From Oopsacas minuta (Eukaryota; Animalia; Porifera), in contig JAKMXF010000029.1 of the NCBI GenBank assembly GCA_024704765.1, positions 11,651 to 75,650 of the forward strand: a stretch of 64,000 bases of DNA, in the 5' to 3' direction. A program made the position numbers and the translations under genes. Shown in pieces: positions 49,601-63,316 of the stretch. The notes under the pieces were generated by a model that saw nothing but the letters and a program-made list of their open reading frames with translations, ran no database searches and was not told the DNA's origin. Within the stretch, counting starts at the first letter, position 1, and every line of letters starts with the position of its first letter.

Positions 49601-52600
49601 AAGAGAGAGATATTGGTTATATCACTTAGTCCTCAAGTTAGGCAATATGGAACTCAGCTGAAAGATTTCTTCCGATAAAAATGTTAATTTTGTGGTACTT
49701 TAAGAAATAAGAATTAAAGTCAGTTCTTAGAATATCCTAGCATTTCATGATCGTGAATATTACAATGCAGTGAACTACACTAAATTGGCCTCAAGTAACC
49801 TTCTTCAGGTTACTAGTGGAGATTTGGTATTAATTCCATTTCCCACGGTTGAAAGCAAGTTTTTTTAATTATTTAGAAATAGTTTACTTTATACACCTAA
49901 ACAACAACAAATATTCACAATAAGTAGTTGAAAATATCATATTCGAATTCATCGTACTTGATTACTTATATATCTGTTGAGAGCAAGTCTCTAAGTATAC
50001 TTCGAGATTTAACTATCTGTTTATTTTATATTCATAAAAACAACAATAAATTTGGAGATGATAAATTCGAAAGTGTGAAAATCGGAATCAGCATACTCGA
50101 TTGCCCAATGTAATTGGTTACTTTCCCTATATCGTTAACATAAGGATATGTCATTCCCTATAAAATATACGCAGATCATCTTACCCTATTGTTATAATAC
50201 AAAGTAGACAACAAACAAACAAACAACACCCCTCACAAATAATATATATTTATTTAGATTTGTAGAACAATATTTATTATATAATTTAATGAGGCTTGAA
50301 ATTTGTTAAATGTGTTATCGCATAAAATTAATGTATCTGAATTCTTTGCTCTAAATCACGTTTAATTTCAAATAATAAAATATTTGAAAATAGGAGGAGG
50401 GCTTATTACATATTGACCATAGAGGTGCATTTTGTTAGCCTGGATTAATCAAAATAAACTACTATTCAGAAAAGTAGGAAGAAAATCAAATTTTATTAGG
50501 AATTAGAATAAATTTGATCCAATTATTCAACCATAACAACAGATTTGTACCATAGATATGCGGTTACTTATCACTCTAGTGGCAGCTGAGGTGCAAACCA
50601 TGGTTACAATAATTAAGTATAAATTATTAGATATAAATGTCGTACTTTACCCGGTGCTTATTAATAAATAAATTCATTAGTCTAGGCAGATCAGCAGTTT
50701 CATAATAACCACAGGCAAGTAAAATATACATAGAAACAGTACTTAATATTTCATATTCTACAAATTTATTCTACTGTTACCAAATTTTCCAGTTATTATT
50801 TGTTATTGATGTGGTAGAAATGTAATAGCAATCAGATGGTCTAGCCCTTACTTGGACGAATTATTACTTGCTTGGATAATCACATTATAGATAACATTAC
50901 TGCCTTGATTATGATTTTATTGTGAAGAAAAATGATGAGAAATAGTTTAATTTTTATCGAAAAATATAAAATATTCAGCTTCTATTAAATATTCTATCTA
51001 CCTATCTATCTATTATCCATGTAATACTCTCGCAAGAATGACAAATAACTGATAGCCGTAATGGTCGTTAAGCAAATGAATAGTATTACATACAAGTACT
51101 CTAATAGTAAAATCATAGCAGAGAGAGAGAGAGACTGACTTCTCTACATAGCGATGCACACTGTGGTTAAACCGTCTCAACAAGCATGTTTAAGTTGTCA
51201 GAACATTCATAAGTACACGTGTAAATATGTACTAAGGAATCCATCAAGATTAATGGAGCAGTATTGAATAAGATAATGTATGCAATATGTTATCTTATCG
51301 AGTTAATTGCTATAAGAGTTGTGAAGGAAGTGGTATATATGTAAATTACCTTATGTAGACTCTGTGCACACTCAATTGACAGAAGAAAATTGTCTGCAAA
51401 AGTAATAAAATAATAAAAATCGAAATATTAGAGTCCATTAATAATACAGTAAAATCTGCACAAGTAAAATCAATGAAACAATATCTAGCTAATGCACAAT
51501 GTGTTCCATTACATTACAGAACCTTTATTAATGAAAACTATAATATTAATCTGTTAAGTATAAATTTATCTGACATAATACCACATACAGGACAGTTAAA
51601 GGGGGAATTTGGTTGGTTTGCATGAACGAACATTTATAATCATATACGAAGTCACTGGGTACGAATTACATTTGAAATTAGTATTTTGAATGGACATCGC
51701 CCTTTTCGATATTAGAAATTGCTGCATACGGGATTGACATACCTTTATGTGGTGATGTTGGATTTCTGATTAGTAATACATACAAGATTGATCCCAGCAA
51801 TACACCAGCAAACATAGGAGCTACATACATTAGCAATACAAATACTTTCTTTACAAAATTCCTAGCTCTTCTACGTAGCTGATTAGAACGATGAGCACCC
51901 CTGTGTATATGGTTGTTGCGAATATGATTAATATGTGAATTATTCAGGTGTCTATGATGATGGTTCAGATGGGTTAACCCATTCAATCCAAATTCGAATC
52001 TGTTATTCCTATAATGTAGTATATACATTAATAGATACTCTATTGAATATAATCAATAATAGTAAATACAGACAAAGAAAGCACTTATACTTCATACATA
52101 CATAATAATTGTAAACATTTCTGGATATAATAATATTAAATGAATTTTCAGGGAAATAGTCATGTAGCTAGCATGTAGTTAATGTGTAAATATTTGTTAA
52201 GTATACAGATGGTAAGAAATCGATTCACTGAATTATCACATATGTTATGTTGATATAATTATAATTCAGGGGTTTTACTTATTAATAGTTGTGTAGCTAT
52301 AGCAAGCAAGCAATCTTTAGTAAGTTATATATAACATATTTAAAGTACAGAATTTGCTGTACAATCAGTATTGAATGCTGTGTCACTGTTTTCGCATTTA
52401 CACACAATATACTTATCGGTTATTCCTCACATTATTATAATGGTAACTCTATGCATTGTAGAGAGGTAAGATTACACCCTCAGTTATCAGTGTAGGTAGC
52501 TGAATAGGAAGATGAATTAAGTAAGATACTATAAAATTATTGGAGATATGTATGGACAATTGGACATACCAGTCAGGAGAATATACACAGGGATATGTGT

Positions 52601-53739
52601 ATTCATAAGGCACCTACCAACTCCCATATAAGTATTGTTATAATCATATTTGGTTTGTTAAATGAAATTATTATAATTTGAAAATAATGTACTTGAGTGG
52701 GTTCAATAATAGGAAATAACAATCTACAGCTAATGATACATCTCCTATCCTGACTTAACAACTGGGTGATATGTATTACGTAAGGGCCTCAGCAATTCTA
52801 TAGTGTTTATTCTTAACATTATTATGTAACGTAATAATTATACATAAGTTCAAGACTGTCGTAACATAAAAGATATATTCAATTGAGTTAAAATCAGAGA
52901 AAAGAATAGCTTACAGATTAATTAATACTCAATAAGAATTGCATTATTAAGCTTTATACGCTAGGAAGTCCTCTTGACATACGAACTCCAAACTCAGTAT
53001 TGGATTAAATTTAGTAACTAATAAATACTGAATATTACGTAATATTCATACGCACTCGTGCAGTAGACCCTCGAAAAGTTTAATTATGTTAGCAGTCGAA
53101 GAAAAACGGAAAACTATTCTGGCTGTCATAACCATTGGGCATAAACATTATGGAGCTGGAAACGGAGGAAAGTATCTCTGTAACGCAAACTGAACTGAAT
53201 AGACTCTGAATAGATATCTTTTAACAATTTATGAATAGAGCAAAAAAGATAGAGGAAGTAATTCTTATGAAAGAGCACAATTTCCTATGATTGATAACAA
53301 TCAGTGCATTTTAGAGTGGTGGACCAACAACGGTAGCATGTCTCCCTTAGTTTAAAGTTTAGCGTTTAAAATTCTACCAATTCTTGCATCATCTGCTACT
53401 TCATAACGCATAGCGAAGTTATCCATATTAATTATGCAAAATTAATTAAAAGACATCTTACCTCGGTGGTACATAGTTATTAGATTGGTTGTGATTCCTA
53501 TTAGCAACATCGTGTGTATGTACCAGAGTATATGTATCCTCATCATCTGAATACACACCCGTATAGCCCTGATCTGATACAGGATATGTAGCACTACTGC
53601 GAGCAATGAGGATTCTATCAGCTATAGAGACAGGAGGAGGTTCATTAGGAGCTAAATTCCGATGCATTCTAAGGAGAGTACTCAGTGAGTCTGTAGGAGG
53701 TAGCTGGCTGTCTAGGTTACGGATTTGGCCTTCTGACAT
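37670..53739 (-). CDS. LEMD3: MAN1/LEMD3-like inner nuclear membrane protein, ~600 aa, 16 exons: 53462-53739, 51743-52008, 51350-51393, 51140-51160, 50651-50770, 49518-49596, 47280-~47331/47380 (acceptor uncertain), 46650-46819, 40218-40319, 40051-40153, 39376-39517, 39204-39246, 38437-38539, 38055-38160, 37905-37983, 37670-37767
   Basis: GT-AG exons with compatible phases at every junction except one. They encode TM1 (VFVLLMYVAPMFAGVLLGSILYVLLI), a Cys-containing luminal domain, TM2, the MSC winged helix (HLRDQIIPEKDRTSKYKLWRKAVDYISCNESRVRNEMRRIEGADVEVWKW) and a C-terminal UHM/RRM (CWQGRA...CFRVENVF...ILDQC...VLDVHVD...GCVYVKM...AYRALHGAWY...LIVKY), as in MAN1. Confidence 0.88.
42489..42676. 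repeat. 25-bp minisatellite, 7.5 copies (tcaatactttaacyaatcccmatac)
   Basis: Head-to-tail units with only two variable positions and no spacers. Confidence 0.95.
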
Positions 53740-54891
53740 GGAACTAGTTCATAAAATGATTCAATTAATAAGAAATAGCATTGTGTTGTAGTATTGTAGT
53801 GTGTAATAATAAATCTGATAAAATGAAAATTTCAAAGAATGTAATTGAGATTAATTACTCATTCAATTTTGAATAGTAAATTTGAAAAAAAAATTAGAAA
53901 CTCAATTACTAAGATTGCATTCTTATCTAAAGAATAATAATTTGAATTTCAATTCAGAATTTGTATATCGTGAAACTGAAAATCGAGATATTAGTAATTA
54001 TAAAATGCAAAGATAGAAGTCATTTAAAATAAGCAATCAGGAATAGAGCAAACATATATTTACATGTTAGCTGGATATTTACACAAATTTGTTATTCTCC
54101 AATAAATTTATGAATATTAAGTTATAAATCGCAACAGGTGTTCATTTATGAATTGCTTTTTTGAATCGAGAAATACAAGAATTTGAGGAGAGATATTAAA
54201 TAATAAATTTCCAATAAACAATATAATTGAACAGATAATTATTATTCATTCTATGCTAACACTGAATAAGATTAGAATACTGACATGAAACGTCCAATCG
54301 AACAAAGAAAGATTTAAAATACTGAAAGACTAACCTTGAGGAAAGAGTAGAACTGAGTTTGTTTGAATGTAGTAACAATCTGGCACATATATATGTTTAG
54401 ACGTGTATAAGCAGTTTGATAGAGGACAGTGTTGCAGTAATTTATACCAAGGATTTCTACATAGATACAATAAAGGAAATAAAGAATGTCACAAAGCCTT
54501 GTATAATGAGCGATACGGCAGGATTCTAGATAATACTTTACCAACAATGCGATTAGAGAAATCTCTTGTCTGAAGTAATATGAAGAGAAGTGTCATTATT
54601 CACATCAATGGAATAATCTGTGATGGATACTAGAGATCAGTTAATAGGTCAGATTTCGTAAACAAAACAAGAAAATTTTCAATTGTTCCAGGTAAACCAA
54701 TATTTCAAGCATACGTACATCTTAATGACTGATTCATACGGCCTGACATATGCAGAGCAGGAGGAAGAGTGTTGATAGTATGCCCATGACCTAATCAATC
54801 ATATAAAACCAGTTAATGACCTTACTACTTATGTTTTAATACGATGCAATCTTACTAAATTAGGCTTTCTATATAATTAACATGAGATTAT

Positions 54892-54924
54892 CACCCAGGC
54901 TGGCGGGGTCCTGGGTGGGCTAGT
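54892..54924 (+). mobile_element. Helitron-type 3' terminus (hairpin followed by CTAG|T)
   Basis: cacccagg-ctggcggggt-cctgggtg followed by ggCTAG|T. Confidence 0.5.
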
Positions 54925-56026
54925 AATGATAATTATTAATCCAGCCATTTGCATATATTAAATATAATTGCAATAAAGCTCACTTTTGTAGAAATATTTC
55001 AGAACTTTGAATCCGAATATTTACTGCTCTGGTGTCTCTGATTCCGCTAACTTTAGTTTCTCATTGTACCTAGCTCTAAACTGGCTAGAAATGTTAACAA
55101 CATATAACAAATACAAAATAGAAATAATACGCATAGAATATTTGTTTTGCTATTCAATTAATGTCTACGACAACAAGTTATCATATCAAATAGAACTACA
55201 CAATATCAATCAACACTCGAAAAGCACCCAACATCAGGTCGAATTTGGTAGAATTCCAGAACTAAATATGTTTCCTACTGTTCCGTTAATCGAGATTTCG
55301 ATATTCAAGGGTCTACTGGACACAACTGATTACATGTATTACACATACTATAAGTTATTAATGTAGTAGGAAAGCATTATTCTATCCTAACAGTATTGTA
55401 GTTGATTGTACGTATATGATAACTATATGATTAGCAACTAACACAATGAATGATTAAACTTAAAGAGAATGAACTATACTATAGCTCAGCGAAATATGAG
55501 GAATCTTATACAATATATCGTCAAATTAGAGTTGACAAAATGTCAAAAAATCCCCAAACGCAAATTTGCACTGTTCGAGGGAATTTTCCAGCCACCCTCT
55601 GAAAAATCTTGGATCAATATTCAATTAATAGCATAGATTGTATCTTGTTTGAATCACAAAAATAATATTGAATAATGCAAACAATGAATAGCTATATTTA
55701 TATTTCTGTCAACCCTCAAAATTCAATTCAAGAGCACAATATTGAGAATAATTTTTACACAAACAAATTAGTAGAAAATAATATGATTCAGTAAGATTAA
55801 ACTTGTCCAATAAATTTAAACTTCACATATACAAAGGAACAAAGATGTAAATACTAGTTTACACAGTTAGTGTGTGTGTATGAATATATTCTCAGTCATT
55901 AATAAATATATTTCTAATCCATTGAATGAGCGAGAGAGCTCTCACATCCGTTTTAATAGAAGTACGTACGATTAAGCGTTGTATGATACAGTATAGACAT
56001 TACACATAGGGAGAGTGTTAAAATGG

Positions 56027-59000
56027 TTAGTAGACCTCTGAAGTAGGACGGTCTCTTGAGGCCTGACCACGCCCCACATTCGCTTGTTCTAATATTTTTG
56101 TCAGACGCTGGATTATTTCTCCTAGGAGTGGTCGTTTCGTAGAGTCTCCAACCCAACAGGCTTCCATAAGGTCCCATGCCTCTAAAGTGAATGAGCTCAG
56201 TCTCTCCGGCCTAAGACCTTTCTTCACCAGAGACCAGAGCTCGTCCTTGGTAGAGCAGCGATCAAAGTTTCTCGGTAGATGTACCACACCTAAATACAAC
56301 AATAATAATAATACAGACATAACAAATATTGATAAATATATAATCATAAGTTGTTACGCTCAGCACATAAATCACAGGAATAGTCTAGGGGATAATACAA
56401 CCATAGAGATTAGCATTTTCTGACAAATGCAGTATGGAATGAGGCTGGATTAACAAACACCGAAAAAATACCCACTGTTGATTTTCTGCCTTATTCCAGG
56501 AGTGAGACTTTATCTTCAATACTACATTCATGTACTCATGAGTCATGATCATAATTTCGAAATTAACCATAATATTCCCCAGATAACATAATCTCCTTTC
56601 TATTGATCTCGTCGTAACTTCAAAATTAATCAATAAAAACAAGCTTAATTTAGCTTTGAACTAATTATCTAATCCTAATAGGATATTTTTCGGCAGAATT
56701 CCAGCCGCAATATGTCTAATCCGTGCTCCAGTACTCAGACTCATAACTAATCGCAGCAAACAATGAGTAGGAAGCTAAATTACACTACTTAATCAGCGTA
56801 TTGCTTAGCTATCATTCTGGAGAACCTGGCAACTTGATTAATCTAGATATTTTTAGCTGTGAAATAGGAATGTTGTCAATCAGTAGAAATACTATGATGT
56901 TGGTTAGTATACGCATTCATATGTTGGGACAGATACTTGGATAAATCATAGACATGAATAGTGAATTATTATCAATAATGTTTTCTAATTAAACATAAGT
57001 GTGTATCGGTGGTATCGCTTATAAGAGCACCGGTTCTAAGAACCATCCTCTTGAAAACGGTTCTCATAAACTCTTGTAGAATTTATACTGGTTATAAGAA
57101 CATATTTTTCTACTCTCAAGAGTGTTCTTATAAGCGATAACCACTGTACAACTATCAGGAATTAAATATATGAGACAGCTGTATATTATGTGTTATTGCT
57201 TAGACAAGTTCTGATTACAATTTGTAATCGAAATAGCAAGAGAGCTGGAATAGGGGGAGAGCTGGAATAGAGGGAGAGCTGGAATAGGGGGAGAGCTGGA
57301 AATTTTACAATACATGTATTAGGGTTAATTTACATATAAGAAATCTTAATTTCGTTAGGGAAATATCTAAAAATTCGTATATTAATACTATAGTTCACAA
57401 CTTAATCATCAGACCGAAAACTTTACATTATACGCTAAGTTAGTATTCGAAAGAAAGAGTTTAACAGTGCAGCTCCTAATTTTCCTTTTTTGCACGTACA
57501 AGAAATCAATCTCTGTAATACAACTTATAGTTCTGACTAGTATTTCGATATGTATGAACTATAAACAGAATGCTCTTATATTAAATTAGGGTCTTGTACA
57601 GAAGTCCTCTTTTCTGATAAACTCCCTTCTAGTTCCTAACCCTTATTCTGGGTGAAAAATATTTTTCTACAGTAGTCTTTGCTGGATAAAATTAGTACAC
57701 AAACCACAGCCTAATAAGATTAATAAAAGAGAAGTAAAGAATCTGACATTATTTTAAAGAAACAAGCAAATAACATAAATATTCTCACACGCGCACTGAT
57801 ATAGAAATATCATCACAAGAGGTTATAATTATTACAGATTCGTTTAGGGATTATACTAATTAATAGCATAGCAGTAGTATGTATGAGAATCATACCAAAT
57901 CAAATTATATTAGATATTACTTATACAAGACATTGTATTGTAGATTGAAATATCGGATACAACAGCTATTTAATTATTCCATATTATTTCGATAAACATT
58001 GGTTTTCTCTGAAGTATTAATTAATCTGTCTGAAAAGACAAAATTAATTTACTGCTACAAGTTGCATCAGAGTTCTGATACATGTATTGATGCGCAATGG
58101 TTGCTAGGAATACTCGGAATTATGTGTTTCAATGTGTCGGTGGAAAGAGATATAACTACTATGAATTAGATTGGTGGAATGGGAAATATTCAACGAATCC
58201 AATCAAATCGCATATCTGTGTTTCGTTAATTAATTAAAGAATTGTTATTCGTAGCACCATATGTTGCTACGAATTGTAGTAACCAATTACAATTCCTACC
58301 AAATCCTATCATTTACTTCACTAAATAAGTCGTGGCATTTTGTTAATACAATATGTTGCTATAAATTTAAATGTAGCAACAAATTGTGCTACGATTGCTT
58401 GACTGTTCGAGATAGTGAATGTCAGCTGTATATGGTCGGAATTACGAAACGCTATTATGTGTTCTCAAAAGAAAAACAAAATTTCATTTCGTCCTAGGAC
58501 AATTCCTATCCGAAAGTTCGTATAAATAAGTTTGGAGTTTGTTCTAATTCAATGAATGAAATATTTATCAGTTCAAAGTAGAAGCAGAACAATGAATGAT
58601 GATAAGGTTGAAATTTGTCTTGAAAGTATTCTCAGTTCGGAATTCGGTCAGTGTATAAGTATAGTGGAATAAAACGATAAATTAGAAAATTACAGTAATA
58701 CTCAAACAATGGAGATTTATATGTATTTTAAAAGTTTCTTAGTACAGTGAAAATGGTTTAGGAACATTGATACAATGAAATAAACTCAACAACCAAGTAT
58801 TGAAAATAAATAAGTTCAAAAATACATATAAACTCCCAGTGATTAATGAATTTTTTATCGGCAGTTTGAGTCTAATAATAGCATAATTTACAGCAGAAAT
58901 TAACTGTAATTCAATAATTATCCAACTAGCGAGTACTAATAATCTAAAATAAGTATAGCATAATTATAAAAAATAAACTGACCAGCAAAGCAGTACCAGA

Positions 59001-59160
59001 AGAGAATACCCAAAGCATATACATCTACTGACTGGTCGTACTTCCCACTGAACAACTCCGGAGCCATGTGAATAGGAGTCCCCACTATAGAGTGAGTCAT
59101 CATAGCTTCTGGCTTACAGAACCCTAGGTCTGTAATCTTACCTCTGTTGTCTGCGTCCAG
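56027..59160 (-). CDS. DSTYK: Dual serine/threonine and tyrosine protein kinase, last two coding exons (58983-59160 and 56027-56289); 5' exons not found in the window
   Basis: [59 protein letters not shown] joined (G|GT, phase 1) to [30 protein letters not shown]...[17 protein letters not shown]. The [11 protein letters not shown] and [11 protein letters not shown] motifs are characteristic of DSTYK. Confidence 0.93.
57241..57300. repeat. 17-bp purine-rich tandem repeat, ~3.5 copies (agagctggaataggggg)
   Basis: Seen directly, in a DSTYK intron. Confidence 0.9.
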
Positions 59161-60050
59161 CTGTAAAGAAGGAAAAGATGAAACTATACACTACAATAGC
59201 TCCCATTGTATCGCACTTATAATATCAATGTTAAACAGCCCTATTATACTTGATAAAACAATACACAACATTCCAGGACAGATATATTAACCCACTCATT
59301 AGGTTACAGGTGTGAGCACAGCTTTTGAATATGATAATGTTGTAATGGAATAGCTATAGATATACAGTTGTTGAGACTAGTGGAACATATGATACCTGAT
59401 AATAAGGCCAGAGGCGGCCTGAGGTGGAGCCAGATACGACTTGTGCCCACCTCATTGATGTAAGTATCCCCCAGTTTAATAACCTGTGTCACAACTATGA
59501 CGTAATTGTACCCACCAGTAGCACCTAGCTAGCGACACCACTGTTTAGGGCATTTCATGAATTGAGAAGCAACTGAGGAATTCAAAATATTCAGCTAATA
59601 ATCATATAATTAGTGAGCTGATATGACTTTATTTCAACTATGGACAATTGCACTTACCGTGTTGCCCTCGCATAATCGCCTCCCCTAGGGGCACTTGAAA
59701 TTAATAATCGCCCCGTCCAATATATTCAAGGTAATACGGTAGATACTAGTGATTGAAAATGTAACAATCCAAATATGAAAGAAATTTTGGGAGATTGATC
59801 TTGTGACAATTTAACGTACATGTCAGCTAGAGTTAGTAAAATAAGTGTGAAAAGTGGTCTACAATATGCTTCTGTGGCTGAATAATGAATATATTAATTA
59901 CTTTTATGTAAGTTATGTAATTTTGAAAACAAATGTGAAGGATTATAATCAGTCGCGAGGTAAGAATTGCTCTGGATAGAATATATAATAACGAGTAGAG
60001 AGCATTGGTAGTATGTCCTGGTATGTTATAAAGGGAGTATAGTACAGCAG

Positions 60051-61613
60051 TTATAGAGTAGCTAGAAATAGGAGTGCGCTAGGAAACAGCTGATATTCAT
60101 CTAAACTCTTCCTAGTATCGCTTAGTGTAACAGCTGTAGGATAGTTAGACTTGAGCACTATTCTAGAAGAATTAGGTATACTCTCAGTTAGAATAGTGAT
60201 AACCTCTGATATGGTGGCAGTGCGAGGCATGGATAAAGTGTATACTTCTGAGCCGTCTATTGAACGTATTTTCAAGTGCACCAGGTTGCCTGGATTCGAA
60301 ATAAGCTCGTTAGAAAGCAGACAAGTTAACTTAAGAGGTGTGGGATTAGGATTAAGTTTAGCTTCTATTTCAGAACGAATTTCTATAACTTTTCCTTTCT
60401 TCACTATACTAGCAGGAAGTTTGCTAAGAAATCTCTCAATAGGAACAGGTGCCTGCGGCCTATCACTAGTCCTCTTCTTATTAACTCCGTATACCGGACT
60501 CATCCCATCTTCGTACAGTCCTGCGAGTGGTCTGGGACTAGGAGCTACTTCCTTTCCCCCTAGCGTGTATCCTACGCCAGGAAATCTCTGTTTAAGTCTG
60601 GGATCCTCATACTCCATGTCTCTTCTGTCAAACACGTCAAACGGTAGTCCAGTAGGATATCTACCGCACAATTCTTGAGGGAAACAACCATCCTGTATAT
60701 CCTGTACAAGTTGAAATGAGGTAGGGTCTGTGTAGGAACGGAACGGACCTTGAAACAGCATGAACCCGTTCTTGTACAGAGTCAGAGGTATAGTGTCAGG
60801 TCTGCGAAACCTCGCACCTCCGTTAGTCTTAACTACTTCTGCTTTCTCTCCCAGTAAGATATTAAGAGCTTTAACATTACGGACCAGCAAATTAAAATCC
60901 ACATTACCTCCCATGCTAGCGGGTGTAGCAGATTCTGGTACCCACACACACCCACTCAACTCTGTACTAAGATTGCTACGCAGCATAGTCAGGCTGGGGG
61001 TTACTCTGTCAGGACAGTCTTCTAATCCCGTGTCTGTACGCGGGAGATCTTCCTCCTTGCCTACCCAGATTAGACCGTAGTCACTGAGGAATTCTTCCAT
61101 GTCAGCTATCTGTCTCTGCAGGACAGAGCACTTAGCTTCTAGATCAGCTAATCTTCCAGGCCGAGTAGCTTTATCGTATACTGTTTCTAAGAAGCTAACC
61201 TTATTCTCCAAGTCTCTAACGTAGTTCTTCTTGCTTGTTAATTCCTTGTTAGCAGTCACAAGTTGTCTCTCTGAGACACGTAGCTTCTTAGCAAGAGAGG
61301 TGAGTAGATCGGTGTCAGCTGTCTCGTGGAGTAGAGAGGGCACACTGTGCATTTTAGAGAGTTTTGGGGGAGTTACCCTTGTCTTCTTCTTCTGCACCCT
61401 CTTGACATCTCTCACTATAGCTATTTGAGTCCGGCTGTCCATGTCTAGCAGGAGAGATTCCAGTGATTGAGAGGATGAAATGTCCGTAGGAGAGAGAGGG
61501 AGTATGTTGGGACAGTCTTGTTCCTCCGTACCCAATCCTGACATTCTGAATGCTACATTCCTAACTAACGGCAGTTTCTTGCGTTTGTTGAGGCTAGACA
61601 ATGGGGTAGCCAT
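60051..61613 (-). CDS. UBXN11: UBX domain protein 11 (coiled coil, SEP and UBX; p97/VCP cofactor), intronless, 520 aa
   Basis: LQRQIADMEEFLSDYGLIWVG, the SEP domain IPLTLYKNGFMLFQGPFRSY...DIQDGCFPQEL..RYPTG and a C-terminal UBX (LKIRS...LKSNYP...L.EYQLFPSALLFL) match UBXN11/Socius. Confidence 0.93.
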   Translation of the reverse strand: MATPLSSLNKRKKLPLVRNVAFRMSGLGTEEQDCPNILPLSPTDISSSQSLESLLLDMDSRTQIAIVRDVKRVQKKKTRVTPPKLSKMHSVPSLLHETADTDLLTSLAKKLRVSERQLVTANKELTSKKNYVRDLENKVSFLETVYDKATRPGRLADLEAKCSVLQRQIADMEEFLSDYGLIWVGKEEDLPRTDTGLEDCPDRVTPSLTMLRSNLSTELSGCVWVPESATPASMGGNVDFNLLVRNVKALNILLGEKAEVVKTNGGARFRRPDTIPLTLYKNGFMLFQGPFRSYTDPTSFQLVQDIQDGCFPQELCGRYPTGLPFDVFDRRDMEYEDPRLKQRFPGVGYTLGGKEVAPSPRPLAGLYEDGMSPVYGVNKKRTSDRPQAPVPIERFLSKLPASIVKKGKVIEIRSEIEAKLNPNPTPLKLTCLLSNELISNPGNLVHLKIRSIDGSEVYTLSMPRTATISEVITILTESIPNSSRIVLKSNYPTAVTLSDTRKSLDEYQLFPSALLFLATL

Positions 61614-63316
61614 ATCTAGGATAACTGATTAATGATATAATATTATTTGGAAGGTATCGAGCATAACCACAGTTATACTACTCACAAGTTATAAGACAAA
61701 CGAACTAGAAGACTGTGGTAACTGAAAAGATAATTTGTGATTTATACACCCAGTAAAAGTGCATGGATACAGGCATAGGCGTAAACTTATCCAAATTGGG
61801 AGGTCCCCACCTCCCTCGGTAGTTCAAAGGGGGAGGGAGCACTTTTCTGATCTTACCACCTCATATACTATATGGTCCAAATCTATTTCCTAAACATAAT
61901 TATTGTATTACTGTGTAATCTTACTAGACCAGCGCTTCTGAATGGGTGTGCCGCGGTGCACTTGTGGGGTTCAGAACGTCGTTAAGTGTGCCAACAAAAT
62001 ATTACTGGCATAAAACAAATCGTAACGCTCTCGTGGGGTTTAGTTTCTGGCCCTCTGGATATGTAAGTGATAAAGTCAAGAAAAACTGCTCTTTAACACC
62101 AATATTTACATATATGATATAGTAGACTCCGTGAATAGAGCCAACGTTGATAGGCTCAACCTGGTTAATCGTGTCACTTGGCCAGAAACAGGACCATACA
62201 GAGTGTTAAATAACTCCGGTTAATCGGCTCAACACCTTCATTCCGTTTAATCGGGCAAAATGCTTAGTTGTTAAGTCTCACGGATCTGAAGTGAGATCGA
62301 GAGTCACACATTTTAAACACAATCTCAGTTTCATTTTTACCTTCTCATTATAATTTATCTGGAGAAATTGAGGTTAATACAGTGATTCATAAGGTTATGA
62401 ACACTATTGCGGCATTTTGGTGAAGTGCCTGCATCAGGTGTAGATAAGGTTTAAGTCAATTTGGGGCAGACCTTGTGTTTTTGGAGTGGGAATTTGAGCT
62501 TTGCCGTTGCTGGCACTATGGCCACAGCCTTACAAAATAGGATCAAATATATTTCTAAAAACCCATTTTCAGTTGCAAATACTTGAAAAAGCATGGAACT
62601 AGAAGCAGTATACAGTAGAGTCTCGTTAATACGAACACAGTTAAGGAGTACAAATGTGTACACATTATCAGTACCCTTCGATGGCTTTTCAATGTTATTT
62701 AGTTCGGATAATACGTACTGCGGGTAAGGAGTACGAATTTTGGCAGTCCCCTGGTCTATGTATTAACGAGAGTCTACTGTGTAATCTTCGTTCAAGGCAA
62801 TGATAAGATCGTAGATCCTTAAAAACTAATATAGAAATTTCAAACCTTATAATCTAATGGAGTAGTATATCAGAAGTACAACAGTATTACATAGCTCATG
62901 ATATATGAGAGAATTAATTAATATTGCTTGATAGAGCAGTAACGGACAATTATGATTATTCGTACGATATTTGTTTGTTTTGTAATCAGATCCTGATTCT
63001 ATATTAGATTACACAACTCCGTTATCAGCGTCTAAATTATGAATTTAATTATGACATTGTCTATCTTCATATTCTTAGTCATGATGCGTATATAATATGT
63101 CTCTGCTCACTTTTACTCATATAAATGGAATGTATTCCACTGCCCATTCCAGCTACTTGCATGCTCGTGCCATACTCATGTTGAAACCTATGCTACTATC
63201 CAGAAACTTAGCAGTGTGAAACTGATTGCAATTTCTAAATTATTTCCAAAGATATAATTCGTCGCGAAGCGGCTAGCCTTAGCCCATACTTATCCTAAAG
63301 ATTTTATAAAGTTACT

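Noticed and set aside
51678-51742. C-terminal part of ORF 51678..52028, first read as an apyrase-like type II membrane protein
   Set aside because: A gtatgt donor at 51742 ends the exon, and the downstream exons identify the gene as MAN1-like.
59304-59545. Candidate upstream DSTYK exon
   Set aside because: No kinase motif in any frame. The ends resemble a small hAT-type MITE.
60151-61428. Plus-strand ORFs of 175, 106 and 65 aa
   Set aside because: Antisense shadows of the UBXN11 coding sequence, with no recognisable domain.
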